A DNA stretch of 64,000 nt, taken from contig CAWGPD010000004.1 of the NCBI GenBank assembly GCA_963824385.1, positions 512,001-576,000 of the forward strand. Reading direction: 5' to 3'. Origin of the DNA: an uncultured Nitrososphaerota archaeon. Lineage in GTDB: Archaea; Thermoproteota; Nitrososphaeria; Nitrososphaerales; Nitrosopumilaceae. Both the position numbers and the translations under genes were made by a program. This document shows positions 31,537-43,218 of this stretch, in pieces. How positions within the stretch are numbered: the stretch's first letter is position 1; the number at the start of each line of letters is the position of its first letter. A model generated the notes under the pieces. That model searched no databases, was not told the origin of the DNA, and saw only the letters and a list, made by a program, of their open reading frames with translations.

Positions 31537-32964
31537 GTAATGCACCCAGTGAAGGCATTACTTCTTCGACTCTTTCTCGAACAAGTAAATTGTAATAGTT
31601 AATCAGAATATCAACTGTCAACAACATTCCTGTCCCTGATCCAAATGTTCCTAGTACATCAGAAGTACCAGCTAACAATCCAAGTATCATAGAACCAATT
31701 ATAGTAACGGATGGAATATATTTTTGAAGTAGATTTTCTACTGGTTGATTTGAACGTCTAAAACCTGGAATTTGTACGTCAGCGTCAAGTAAGTTTTTGG
31801 CTGCACTCTTTGCAGAAAGACCACCAAGCTCAATCCATAACCTACCAAATAAGACTACAATTCCTATCATAAATAGAATATACAAAACAGACTCTCATTG
31901 GATCTAATGCAACAATATCCAAACCACGTGGTGCTGTAACATAGTACAGTATACCACCTGTTGGAGTGGATGGTGATGTAGGATCAAACATTCCTAAGAA
32001 ATTCAGGAACGGGTTTGCATTTCTTGGGTTAAAGTTGGCCCACATAATTTGTCCCATAAACACTGCGTTAGCAGTAAGAGCAGAAGCCAAAATTACTGGA
32101 ATGTTTGAAACATACATTAACTTGATTGGATATACAGCTGAGAATCCCCTATATTTTGTAGATACGATTGGGATTTCTATCTTGATTCCTTGAGTATAGA
32201 CAAGAATCAGTAATACTCCAGCTGTTATCAATAAACCAAATATGCCAGGCAATTGATTAGACCGGAAGAATAGATTAGTAAAATCATGATGAAGTGCACC
32301 ATGTATAATATTTGCAAATACACCTACTGGACCTCCATCTCCTGCAGGAACTGGACTGAATATACTCCAAATTACTTGTTGGGCTACACCTGCAGCAATA
32401 AACAAACTAATTCCACTTCCAAGTCCCCATCCTTTTTGTACTAATTCGTCCAACAACATGATTATCACAGATGCACCGATTAACTGTCCTATCAGAATGA
32501 AGATAGACTTCATGGTTGGGCATCCTTGGTCCATAAACTGCCATACCATACAGTGATGACTCGGCAATGATTACTATGTAAGTGACAATCTTGGTGGCTG
32601 TTTGATATAGTTCTCTGTCTTCTGGTTTCTTGAAGTCAAGATGGAATATCTCAGAACCTTTTAGAAGTTGCATTAAGAGTCCAGCAGTAACAATAGGTCC
32701 AATTCCAAGTTCTATCAATGTACCTTGCTGTGAAGCAAAAATTACTCTAGCAAATGCAAGAAAATCAAAGGATGGTGTTGAAGCTCCATAAAGAGGAGTT
32801 TGTCCCATAATCATGTAAATAAATAATGCTATTCCACACCACATCAAACGGACTTGTAATGGGATTTTCTTTTTTGGTTTTGGTACTTGTGGGATGTAGA
32901 CTTCAGCTTTTGAAATAATAGTTTTTAAAAAACCGCCAGAGGCTTTACCTTCTTCTGCTGTCAC
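31523..32964 (-). CDS. secY: Preprotein translocase SecY/Sec61alpha (two frameshifts, ~32507 and ~31891)
   Basis: ELGIGPIVTAG, KGWGLGSGISLFIA, YPIKLMYVSNIPVI, QIPGFR, GSGTGMLL. Confidence 0.95.
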
Positions 32965-33383
32965 GCTACTGCTTGCACCTCTCCACCAGATTGTTTTATT
33001 TTTTCTTCGGCAGAAGCAGAGAATTTTTCCACCTTAACAACATAAGCATTCTTAGTCTGTCCTCCCCCTAACAGCTTATCATAGCCTAGTTCAGTAAGGT
33101 CTATCAGTTTCTTGCCCCCTTCCTGTTTCCCAAATTTTGCAAAGATATCATCTAAATCTCTTACACTAGCCCATTTACGAACTAGATTTGGATGTGGTGG
33201 ATGAGTAGAATCATGACCGAAATGTTTTGGATCAGTCATTAGCATTCTTATGAAATGATGTTTATGCAAACCTGATTGGCCAAGTCCTCCTTTATGGCCA
33301 CTTGCTCTGTGTTGACCAATCTGTCCCCAACCACAGTGTCTACTTCCCCTGTATTTTCTTGTCTTTCTGAATCTTGTTGGCAT
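32961..33383 (-). CDS. rpl15: 50S ribosomal protein L15
   Basis: RKYRGSR.CGWG, GYDKLLGGG. Confidence 0.95.
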   Translation of the reverse strand: MPTRFRKTRKYRGSRHCGWGQIGQHRASGHKGGLGQSGLHKHHFIRMLMTDPKHFGHDSTHPPHPNLVRKWASVRDLDDIFAKFGKQEGGKKLIDLTELGYDKLLGGGQTKNAYVVKVEKFSASAEEKIKQSGGEVQAVA

Positions 33384-33384
33384 T

Positions 33385-33852
33385 TTACATCATTAACCTC
33401 ACTTGTGCTAAGAGTTCTTTATGACTACCAAGGACTCCCCCTTCGCCATACATCTTCTTGGTATTTCGTTTGAATCCATGTTTTGGCGGTGATAAAGCAA
33501 ACCATGGTTTAAGTGGTTTTAATTTAGATAATGTAGCAGTTCCCTCAGCAATTGACTTTGCGAGGTCATCTGTATTTTTGAATCCTAATTTTGTCATGTC
33601 TTCTGGAGTGATTTTTTTATAACCACCCTTACGTGCCTTTTTCTCCAATCACTCTTTGGTGGTTTGTACATCGATTTCTTGCCATGAGACATAATGTTTA
33701 ATCTTATCAAGCATACCTTTTGTGTTATCTTTTTCTGGAATTATTGTGGCACGGAATCTTTTGTCCAAGTGTAGAAGATCCATTGTAGTATCAGCCCAAT
33801 AAGGAACATTAACCGTTCCCTTCATTCTGACTATTAAGAAAGCTTTACCCAT
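33385..33852 (-). CDS. rpl30: 50S ribosomal protein L30 (uL30; in-frame TGA at 33649-33651)
   Basis: IVRMKG, GMLDKIKHYVSW, FALSPPKHG; both halves are in frame. Confidence 0.92.
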
Positions 33853-33860
33853 ATCTTCAT

Positions 33861-34497
33861 TCAACCCTGACTAAATGTTTGTCTCAAGCAGTCCAAAACA
33901 GACTCGTGATGTAGATGTCATGGTGTTTGTTGACCCTGTACTTTTTGTCCAAGCATCCTTCAAACCTGCTAATTTCAAAAGATTTCTAATATTTCCACCC
34001 GCTACAAGTCCTAGACCTCTTGGTCCTGGAATAACTTCTATTGTAACACTTCCACCTCGGCCCCTAATTTTGAATGGAACAGAATGTGGTTGTTCACATC
34101 TACATTCCCAACTTCCGCAACCAAGTTTTACTGGACTGACATTAAGATAAGCTTGATTTGTTGCTTTTTCAATTGCAATTCTCATTTGTTTTGATTTTCC
34201 TTGTCCTATTCCTAACCAACCATTTTCATCACCTGCTGCAACAAGTGCTTTAAATCGCGTATATTCACCGTTGGTTGTTTGTTTTTGAACAATTCCAACA
34301 TCAATTACTTCTGTTTTAATTCCTGGTAATAATTTTTTAATGATTCCAGCCTCTTGAATTCGATAACCGTTTTCATAAATTTCTTTCATTGTCGTAATCT
34401 TTTCAGTTGCAACTAGTGTTCCCAGTTTGGTCCTTGGAACCCACACCTGTTCTGGTTCTCTTCTTGGTGGTCTTGATCTTTGTTCTGTTCTACTCAT
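33861..34497 (-). CDS. rps5: 30S ribosomal protein S5 (frameshift at ~33902)
   Basis: WVPRTKLG, GCGSWEC.C..PHS, PRGLGL. Confidence 0.95.
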
Positions 34498-34982
34498 TTG
34501 GATTTAACCTCACTATCAATTGCAGATCTTACTTTATCGATCTCATTTGCAACTTTAAGATGCTTACCACTAATCCTCTCTTCAGATGGAAAAGTTTCTG
34601 CGTCTGCGGGTACGTCTAGTCCAGCATCTATTATTCCTTTCAATGCTGCCGCAATTCTTTGGGTATATTTTCTAGTACCAGTATAAAGTACTGCACTCTT
34701 GACTCCACTTGCAAGTGCTTTCTTACCTGCCAGATAACCAGTAAGATATGCTGCTGGAATACTCTTTCTTGAACCCTTCCAGCCCTTATTGATGAGTGAT
34801 CTGGAATGAGCTGATGAAAGAACCTTATCACCAGCCATTTCTGGCTTGTGAATTTGTACAAGTGTGTTTTCATTTGAGATCTGAACTGTGATAAAGTCTC
34901 GTCTACCCATCAAGAGATGTCTTCTCTTTTTGTAGTTGGTCTTCTCGTCCCGAGATCTACGTAATATTTGTGAATATGCCAT
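34494..34982 (-). CDS. rpl18: 50S ribosomal protein L18
   Basis: KTNYKKR, SAHSR, PAAYLTG. Confidence 0.95.
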   Translation of the reverse strand: MAYSQILRRSRDEKTNYKKRRHLLMGRRDFITVQISNENTLVQIHKPEMAGDKVLSSAHSRSLINKGWKGSRKSIPAAYLTGYLAGKKALASGVKSAVLYTGTRKYTQRIAAALKGIIDAGLDVPADAETFPSEERISGKHLKVANEIDKVRSAIDSEVKSK

Positions 34983-35031
34983 ATGTACTAATTCCTATTT
35001 ACAAAAAATTTTGGTGAAGCTCTTATAAACG

Positions 35032-35945
35032 TTAGACTTGGAGTAGAAAAGCCATTAGTGCTTTTTGTGCATGAAGTCTATTTTCTGCTTCATCCCATAT
35101 TACGGATTGTGGACCATCAAGTACTTCACTTGTAACCTCTTGACCTCTTTTTGCTGGAAGACAATGCAAGAAAATTGCATCATGATTTGCTTTTTTCATT
35201 AAATTTGAGTTTACTTGAAAGCGAGGCAGAAAATCTTTTGCTCTATCCGTTGCTTGATGATGAATTGAAACAAAGGTATCTGTTACCACAACATCGGCAT
35301 TCTTTACAGCCAGTTCAGGATTACTATGTAATTGAATATTAATGAATTTTTTTGATTCTTTAATTACATTCGGATTTGGCTCATAACCTTTAGGAGTTGC
35401 AATGTTAATATCAATAGATACTTTCGCACATCCATAAATCATGGAATTACAAACATTATTTCCGTCTCCTATCCATGCAATTTTCAATCCATTAAGTTTT
35501 TTCTTTTTCTCTTTAATTGTCATAAGATCTGCCAATATTTGACACGGATGAAAGGAATCAGAGAGTCCATTTATTACAGGCACAGTAGAATTTTTGGCCA
35601 ATATTTCTACTTCGTCATGTAAATACACTCTAGCCATTATCAAATCAACATATCGTGAGAGTGTCTTACTGTATCTTCTATTGTCTCACCTCTTTTTATT
35701 TGGAGATCATCTGCAGACAAATTGAGAGCATGTCCACCTAGTTGAAACATTCCAGTTTCAAAGCTGACTCTAGTACGAGTAGATGGTTTCTGGAAAATCA
35801 TTGCAAGTGATTTATTTTTTAATAGTGGTTTGGAAATTCCTTTTTTAATATCCTTCTTTAATTTGATAGCATTTTCTAATATTTCTAATAACTCATGTTT
35901 ACTAAGCTCATTGAGTGTAAGTAGATCTTTTGTTTTTACTTTCAT
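35032..35945 (-). CDS. argF: Ornithine carbamoyltransferase (-1 frameshift at ~35669)
   Basis: [30 protein letters not shown]. Confidence 0.95.
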
Positions 35946-37436
35946 TTCTTCACCCATCCAAATAACGAGCGCTTCTTCTTAGGCCTTTTCATCATCTATT
36001 TCTGCAATCTCTTCTTTTGTAGTTTTTGATTCGACTTGTTGTTCTTGTTTTTTTGGTCGTCCTTGAGAAATCCATTTTTTAATATCTGATGCAAGTTTCC
36101 TTGCTTGTTCATCATTTTCAGGAGGAGGTGCATCAAAGAAGTCTGAATAATTTTCAATGTCTTTTGTTGAAATTCCTGCAAACGGATCTTCTTCTAAAAT
36201 TTGTTTTTCCTGTTCCTTATCAACAATGATTTTTGATTTTAGTTCAACTTTAGGTTCTGGTTTTAGTTCAACTTTAGGTTCTGGTTTTAGTTCAACTTTA
36301 GGTTCTGGTTTTAGTTCAACTTTAGGTTCTGGTTTTAGTTCAACTTTAGGTTCTGGTTTTAGTTCAACTTTAGGTTCTGGTTTTAGTTCAACTTTAGGTT
36401 CTGGTTTTAGTTCAACTTTAGGTTCTGGTTTTAGTTCAACTTTAGGTTCTGGTTTTAGTTCAACTTTAGGTTCTGGTTTTAGTTCAACTTTAGACTCCAT
36501 GAGTTTTTTCTGAACGTCTTCAATAATTTCTGCATGACCAAAGAGAGTTTCTAAAAATATATCTTTGTCAAAAGATTTCAGATCTTTATACTCTTGTCCA
36601 ACACCTAGGTAAAGAATTGGACTAGATGTTACTTTAACGATAGAAATAGCAGCTCCACCACGAGCGTCCGCGTCACTTTTTGTAAGTATGGCCCCATCAA
36701 ACTTTGTATAATTATGAAATTCTCTTGCTTGACTTACGGTGTCATTACCAGCCAATGAATCACCTACAAATAATTTAAGATCAGGATTTACTACTTTGTT
36801 AATTTTAGATATTTGATCCATCAAATTCTTACTAGTTTGCATTCTTCCAGCTGTATCAATTAATATACAATCTATTTTATGAGATTTGGAATAAAGCACT
36901 GCATCTCGAGCTACTGCTGCTGGATCTGATCCATAGTTTTGAGAGATAACTTTGATGTTCAATCTTTTTCCATGTTCACCTATCTGTTCAATTGCACCCG
37001 CTCTGTAAGTATCAGCTGCAGCAATCACAACCGAATATTTGTTCTCTCGCAAAAGATTTGCAATCTTTGCGATTGTGGTAGTTTTTCCGGTTCCGTTAAT
37101 ACCCATAAATGAGATAATGTATGGTTCTCCCTTGTCCTTCTTTTTTTGAATGTTAGATAAAATATCAACAGTGCCTGCTACATCAAACATATTTGAAATG
37201 CTTTTTCGAAGTTCTTGTTTTACAACTTCGGCAATCTTGTCCTTGTTAACGGTAGCACCGATTAATTGTTTTTTCAAGTCATCTTTTAGGGCATCAATTA
37301 CTTCTGTTGCAACATCAGATTCCAGTAATGCAACCTCAAGTTCAAACAAAACTTCGTCAATATCTTTTTCCTTTAGTTCCTTTTCTCCAAAACTTTTAAC
37401 CGCTACAGAAAATGCATTTCGTAGTTTTTCAAACAT
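35942..37436 (-). CDS. ftsY: SRP receptor FtsY with a long C-terminal extension (probable frameshift near 35982)
   Basis: [32 protein letters not shown]; repaired tail [14 protein letters not shown] overlaps the argF ATG. Confidence 0.93.
36237..36493. repeat. Perfect 24-bp tandem repeat, 10 full copies plus a partial, encoding (KVELKPEP)n in FtsY
   Basis: Unit TTTTAGTTCAACTTTAGGTTCTGG repeated without mismatch. Confidence 0.97.
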
Positions 37437-37447
37437 AATGTACTGCC

Positions 37448-37876
37448 TTACTGCGTAGGACTACGATTTGATTGTATAAGTTTGTTCATTTCGTGTTGTC
37501 CCTGTTCAAGTTTCATGGAAACTTCTTGTCGTTGTGATGCTAATTGTTGCAGTACCATCTCAAGTTCCTTAATTCTAGATTCCATGTAGTTTATTGCAGA
37601 TTCTTTATTTTGTTCCAATGAAGCACCTGCGCCTATATTTACAATCATTTTTTGATCAGGATTTATTTTTGCTTTTACATATACTCCCAAACCCACTGGT
37701 ACAAGAGTCTCATATTCTGCGTTACCTGTTAGCGCTTTCATCGATTCAACGGCATTTGTTGCCTCTTGTAAAAGTCTCATCACTGTTTCTTCCTGTTGTA
37801 ACAAATCATTTAGATAAGCTTCTAGAGATTGCATCTGTTGCAACAAGGCTTGAGCATGTTCTTCACTCATTTGCAA
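37448..37876 (-). CDS. pfdA: Prefoldin alpha subunit
   Basis: LVPVGLGVYV, VNIGAG, coiled coils. Confidence 0.95.
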   Translation of the reverse strand: MQMSEEHAQALLQQMQSLEAYLNDLLQQEETVMRLLQEATNAVESMKALTGNAEYETLVPVGLGVYVKAKINPDQKMIVNIGAGASLEQNKESAINYMESRIKELEMVLQQLASQRQEVSMKLEQGQHEMNKLIQSNRSPTQ

Positions 37877-37940
37877 AAAATTCTCTTAATGACTATAAAT
37901 TCATTCTGAAAACATAGAATAAAATAAAAAGAAGAAGAAA

Positions 37941-38566
37941 TTATGCTTTTATCTTTGAAAGTCTTGCATCTACTTCATCCCAGTTTATTACATTCCACCA
38001 AGCATTTACATAATCTGCGCGTCGATTTTGGTATTTCAGATAATATGCGTGCTCCCAAACATCTAATCCCATTAATGGGATCAAACCTTTGGTTCGTGGA
38101 CTTGTTTGATTTGGCATTGTAGTAAACTCAACTTTCTTTGTCTGTGGATTGTAGGTTAACCAACCCCAACCACTTCCTTGAATAGCAATCGTATCCTTTA
38201 CGAATTTTTCTTTGAAACTATCAAAGTTTCCAAACACAGAATTGATAGGCTTCTTCTAAGCTTACCTCCTGGTTTTCCACCACCGCTTGGTTTCATATTA
38301 TTCCAGAATAGAGCATGGTTCTCATAACCTCCTCCATGGAAATTCACTGCACCTCTAACATTTTCTGGAACTTGATTCAAGTTTGAAAGTAACTTGGTTA
38401 GTTCCATCTCTTGCAATTCAGTGCTCAGATTTGCTAATGCATTATTCAAGCCATCAGTATATGCTTGATGATGTTTCGTGTGATGAATTTCCATTGTTCT
38501 GGCGTCAATGTGTGGCTCCAAAGAATCGTATGAATATGGTACTTTTGGAAGTTCATATTTTGCCAT
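37941..38566 (-). CDS. sod: Fe/Mn superoxide dismutase (two +1 lesions at ~38249 and ~38260)
   Basis: HHTKHH, NHALFW, QGSGWGW, DVWEHAYY. Confidence 0.95.
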
Positions 38567-38642
38567 AAGAATTCCAAGTTTTTCTTGCCATTTATGGCTT
38601 TGGTTGCAAATGCATTTTATCTGGTCTTGATGAAGACACCAT

Positions 38643-40679
38643 GTGATAGAGAAATCGTTAATTTTTTCTCTTGTTTTTGTGTTATGCATTTCATATTTTA
38701 TTTCATATTCTATTGAAGATGAGCAAAGTCTTCTTTCAAAGAGTATACAATTGGTTGGTGTTCAAATCCCAAGACAACATGGGTTAAACGGTCAAGGAGT
38801 AAAGGTGGGCATCATAGATACAGGAATTGATTTTAATCATCCAGATTTACGTGGGTATGGTCCTTTGGGAAGAGTTGTAGGAGGATACAATTATGTTGAT
38901 ACAAATGAAGAACCATTAGATACTAATGGTCACGGTACAGAAGTTGCTGGCATAATTGGTGCCAATGGTAATTTTTCAGGAATGGCTCCAAAATCTCAGT
39001 TATTCTCATACAAAGTATCGTCTACAGGGGAAGGTGTTTCCTCAGAATATATCATTCAGGCTATTTCTCAGGCCATAGATGACAAGATGAATGTGATAAA
39101 CATAAGTCTTGGAGTGAACAGAACAAATGACGGATTAGAAAATGCAGTAGATGAGGCAGTAAAAAAAGGAATTGTCGTTGTGACTGCAGCCGGAAATAAT
39201 GGCCCAGATAATGAAACAATTGGAAGTCCTGGAAGAGATGTTAATGTGATAACAGTTGGAGCGTCATATAATAACATAACATCAAGTCTTGTGTCAACTT
39301 TTGAGATTGAAAGTAAACAATATGATGCAATACCAATGCTTGGTGTAAGTGCTTTACAAAAGTCCATTGAAGGCAAGATAATTTATGGCGGATATGGAAG
39401 ATTAAAGGATCTTGAAAATATCAATGTCAAAGGAGCCATATTACTTGAGCAAAGAGGTAGTGATACAAAAGGTGAGAAGGTATTTTTTTCAGAAAAAGAG
39501 AAAAATGCTGCAGACCGTGGTGCAATTGGATTAGTAGTATTCAACAACAAAAGCGGAATTTTTTTTGGTGATCTCATAGGACCTAATTCTACTAGAGGTT
39601 ATCAGCCAAGAATACCAGTCATTTCAATATCAGGTGAAGATGGGCTCGAATTGAAATCAACATTAAGTAATAACACCATAGGCCACTTTAACATATTTTA
39701 TCATCCAGATTTTGTAGCACCATTTAGTTCACGTGGACCAGTCTCAATTTTTTATGTAAAGCCTGATCTTGTTGCTCCAGGAGTTTTTGTAAATACTACA
39801 ACGCTTGGTGGAAAATACAACATAACAAGTGGAACAAGCATAGCTGCACCACATGTTACTGGTGCTGTTGCCATATTATTACAAAAGTATCCTAATTTAG
39901 ATCCAGAATCAATAGCATCACTCATAACAACAACAACTGATCCCGTTACAGATGCTTATGGGAATATACTTCCACTAGAAGTTGCTGGCAGTGGAAGATT
40001 AAATGTCACCAGTGCAGAATCTGCAAATTTAATAATCATTCCACGTAGTTTAGAGTTCAATCTATCTTATGATCACCCTAATGAAACTAAGACTTTGAAA
40101 TTACGTGTAATTAATGATTCATTTATTCCAAAGGTTAAAAGTTAGATTTTCATCAAGTGAATCAAGTCTTGCTTTCAATTATGCCGTAATCAATAATACA
40201 ATAAATGCTCAAATTACAGATAACATAAAAAAGATAGGCAATTATGAAGGATTTATCATAGTCGATGATTCAAAAACTTTGTATCGAATTCCTGTTCTCA
40301 TTCATTTAACAAAGGGAACATTAAACGTAAATCAAAATAATGGACAGATAAATTTTTCAATAGATTATCCTGAAAAATGGTCATATGCAAAGATTTCTTT
40401 AATCAAATCGGATTCACATGATGTGAAAACAACCGCAATCACTCCAGACAATAATAGAACTCTAACTGTTCATAGTACAGGCGAATATTGGATCCAGCTG
40501 ACATCAAAATAGGAAATAAAACTGATTATGCATATCAAACATTGATGGTAAATCAGGTTTCAGAAAATATCGATTTTGAAGATATTCTACATATTCACAT
40601 TAAACAAGTAATGATTATTTCCTCAATTCTAATTATTGCAGTCATGGTTGGATCAGTAGTAAGACGTAGACAGAATTAG
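38643..40679 (+). CDS. S8 subtilisin-like protease with PA domain, N-terminal signal/anchor and C-terminal TM (frameshifts at ~40135 and ~40496)
   Basis: IIDTG, HGTEVAG, AAGN, FSSRGP, KPDLVAPG, SGTSIAAPHV. Confidence 0.9.
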
Positions 40680-42280
40680 GTATGCGGTCCAGCATTTTGT
40701 ATTTCTAAAGAAACATTACCAAATTTTTTGAAGTTATCTACAAACATTTGAGCTAGTTTTTTTGCAGATGCATCATAAGCAGCTTTATCAGACCAAGTAT
40801 TTCTTGGATTCAATACATCAGATGGAACATCAGGACATGTAGTTGGAACATCCAAATTAAAGACAGGATCGTGTCTATAATTTACCTTATCCAACTCACC
40901 TGAAAGTGCAGCAGTAACCATACTTCTAGTATAATGAATGTTCATTCTTTTTCCAATTCCATATGGTCCACCTGACCAACCAGTATTTATCAAATAAACC
41001 ACTGTCTTGTGTTTTGTAATTTTTTCACCTAGCAATTTTGCATAAACTGATGCATGTCTAGACATGAAAGGAGCACCAAAACATTCTGAAAAGGTTGCTT
41101 TTGGTTCAGTAATTCCTCTTTCAGTACCTGCAAGTTTACTTGTATACCCAGACATAAAGTGATACATGGCCCCTTCTTTTGTCAGTCTAGCTATGGGTGG
41201 CAATACACCAAATGCGTCAGCAGTTAGAAATACTATGACTTGTGGATTTCCTCCAAGACTTGGTATTACTGCACCTGGAATGTAATCAAGGGGGTAAGCC
41301 GCTCGTGTATTTTCAGTTATACTTCCATCATGGAAATTTGGCATCATAGTATTTTTGTCAATCACAACATTTTCTAGAACTGCACCAGATCTTATTGCAT
41401 CCCAGATTTGTGGTTCAGCTTCTTTATTGAGGTTTATACACTTTGCATAGCACCCACCTTCAAAATTAAAAACTCCTTTATCTGACCATCCATGTTCATC
41501 ATCACCTATCAGATTACGATTTGAATCTGCAGATAGTGTAGTTTTTCCTGTACCTGAAAGACCAAAGAATAAAGATGTGTCACCATTTTTTCCAATATTA
41601 GCAGAACAGTGCATTGGAAAAACACCACGTGATGGCAAAATGTAATTCATTACTGAAAACATAGTCTTCTTTATTTCTCCAGCATATGATGTATCTCCAA
41701 TTAAAACAATTTTTTTTGTATAATTAAGAAGAATGAATGCATCTGATCGTGTACCGTCTATTTCAGGTATTGCCTTGAAATCATTTAATGCAATAACTGT
41801 ATACTCGGGTTTATGTACTTCAAGCTCTGAAACAGTTGGTCTAATGAAGAGTTGTCGTACAAAAAGACTCTGCCATGGATGATCAGTTATGATTCGAATT
41901 GCCAATCTATGTTCTGGGTCCGCTCCTACAAATCCATCAAAGATGAAAATATCTTTACCGTCAATGTATTTTTTCATCTTTTCAAATATTTTATCGAATT
42001 TATCTTCTGAAAATGGGTGATTAATTTTACCCCAATCAACAGTATTGTGGGTTTGTTCATCATCTATTATAAAACGATCATCTGGAGACCTTCCTGTATA
42101 TTTGCCAGTTTTTACTGCCATAGCCCCATTTGCAGTAAGAATTCCCTCATTCTTTTCTTCAATTAAATCAATTAAGGTCTTGACTGGCAAATTTCGCTGT
42201 ATCTTTGAAGGCATAATTCCCATTTGCTCCAATTGAGATACAACATGACGCGTGATCGTAGGTTCCAAATCCTCTATCAT
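40676..42280 (-). CDS. pckA: Phosphoenolpyruvate carboxykinase (ATP)
   Basis: TGRSP, YAGEIKK, GLSGTGKTT, IGDDEHGW, NFEGGCYAK; start uncertain (42280 or 42328). Confidence 0.96.
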   Translation of the reverse strand: MIEDLEPTITRHVVSQLEQMGIMPSKIQRNLPVKTLIDLIEEKNEGILTANGAMAVKTGKYTGRSPDDRFIIDDEQTHNTVDWGKINHPFSEDKFDKIFEKMKKYIDGKDIFIFDGFVGADPEHRLAIRIITDHPWQSLFVRQLFIRPTVSELEVHKPEYTVIALNDFKAIPEIDGTRSDAFILLNYTKKIVLIGDTSYAGEIKKTMFSVMNYILPSRGVFPMHCSANIGKNGDTSLFFGLSGTGKTTLSADSNRNLIGDDEHGWSDKGVFNFEGGCYAKCINLNKEAEPQIWDAIRSGAVLENVVIDKNTMMPNFHDGSITENTRAAYPLDYIPGAVIPSLGGNPQVIVFLTADAFGVLPPIARLTKEGAMYHFMSGYTSKLAGTERGITEPKATFSECFGAPFMSRHASVYAKLLGEKITKHKTVVYLINTGWSGGPYGIGKRMNIHYTRSMVTAALSGELDKVNYRHDPVFNLDVPTTCPDVPSDVLNPRNTWSDKAAYDASAKKLAQMFVDNFKKFGNVSLEIQNAGPHT

Positions 42281-42381
42281 CGGGTAAGACGATTCCTTAT
42301 GAAATTCCTTATTATCTCTTCGGATCATAAATCATGAAACAAGAAACGTATTTATTGTAAAATTTAGTCAGAGTCGTGTAC

Positions 42382-42783
42382 ATGCCGATCAATAAAGAAG
42401 CTCTTGAACTTAGAAAGAAGATAGCTGAGCATAGACCAGCCTTTGTAAGACAAGAGAGCTGGAGATATTCAAGACTTGCAGAGACATGGAGAAAACCCAA
42501 AGGCATGGATAATCATCAAAGAAAACAGAAGAAAGGATGGCCAGCTTTAGTACGAATTGGATACGGCGGACCAAAAATAGCAAGAGGACTACATCCTTCA
42601 GGATTTACAGATAATTTAGTTTACAACTTAAAAGACTTGGAGAGACTTGATCCAAAGAAAGACGGAATTAGATTTGCTCATGGAGTAGGAAAAAAGAAAA
42701 GAACTGAAATAATTACAAAAGCAATAGAGAAAAACTTCAAAGTATTCAATGCAAGGGTGTCAGCTAGTGGTAGTAAATCTTAA
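42382..42783 (+). CDS. rpl32e: 50S ribosomal protein L32e
   Basis: WRKPKG, IGYG, RGLHPSG. Confidence 0.95.
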   Translation: MPINKEALELRKKIAEHRPAFVRQESWRYSRLAETWRKPKGMDNHQRKQKKGWPALVRIGYGGPKIARGLHPSGFTDNLVYNLKDLERLDPKKDGIRFAHGVGKKKRTEIITKAIEKNFKVFNARVSASGSKS

Positions 42784-43216
42784 ATCAAAAAGGCTACTTG
42801 TCTCCAGGATTCTTGGAGTAGGAGCTGGTAGAGTAAGATTTGATCCAGAATATCTAGATGATGTAACAGATGCAATCACTCGTGACAACATTAGAAGTCT
42901 GATAACTGCAGGAACAATCCAAATAAAACCAATTGTAGGAACTTCAAAAGGAAGAGCACATTTTAAGAAATCTCAAAGACGTAAACGTGGAACCAAACAA
43001 GGTTCCAAGAAGGGAAGAAAGGGATCAAGAATAGGAAAGAAGGAAGTGTATGTCAAGAGAATAAGAGCAATGAGACACCAACTGAAAGTTTCAAAATCAA
43101 GAAAAGAAATAACAAATCCAAGCTATTGGAAACTTTACAAACAAGTCGGTGGAAATCAGGTAAGAAACTTGGCTCACCTTCGTAGCCTAATAGAAGAAGT
43201 TCGTACCAAGAAATAG
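42767..43216 (+). CDS. rpl19e: 50S ribosomal protein L19e
   Basis: DAITRDNIR, GSKKG, LYKQVGG; GTG start. Confidence 0.93.
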   Translation: MVVNLKSKRLLVSRILGVGAGRVRFDPEYLDDVTDAITRDNIRSLITAGTIQIKPIVGTSKGRAHFKKSQRRKRGTKQGSKKGRKGSRIGKKEVYVKRIRAMRHQLKVSKSRKEITNPSYWKLYKQVGGNQVRNLAHLRSLIEEVRTKK

Positions 43217-43218
43217 AT

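Noticed and set aside
36237..36493. CRISPR array
   Set aside because: Contiguous tandem units with no spacers, in frame within ftsY, and no cas genes.
36157..36513. Antisense ORF with (FSSTLGSG)n and the other overlapping antisense or alternate-frame ORFs in the track
   Set aside because: Shadow ORFs of well-supported genes; the repeat simply lacks a stop in that frame.
38567..38689. N-terminal extension of SOD given by the ORF track
   Set aside because: It overlaps the divergent protease start; SOD homology begins at MAKYELP (38566).
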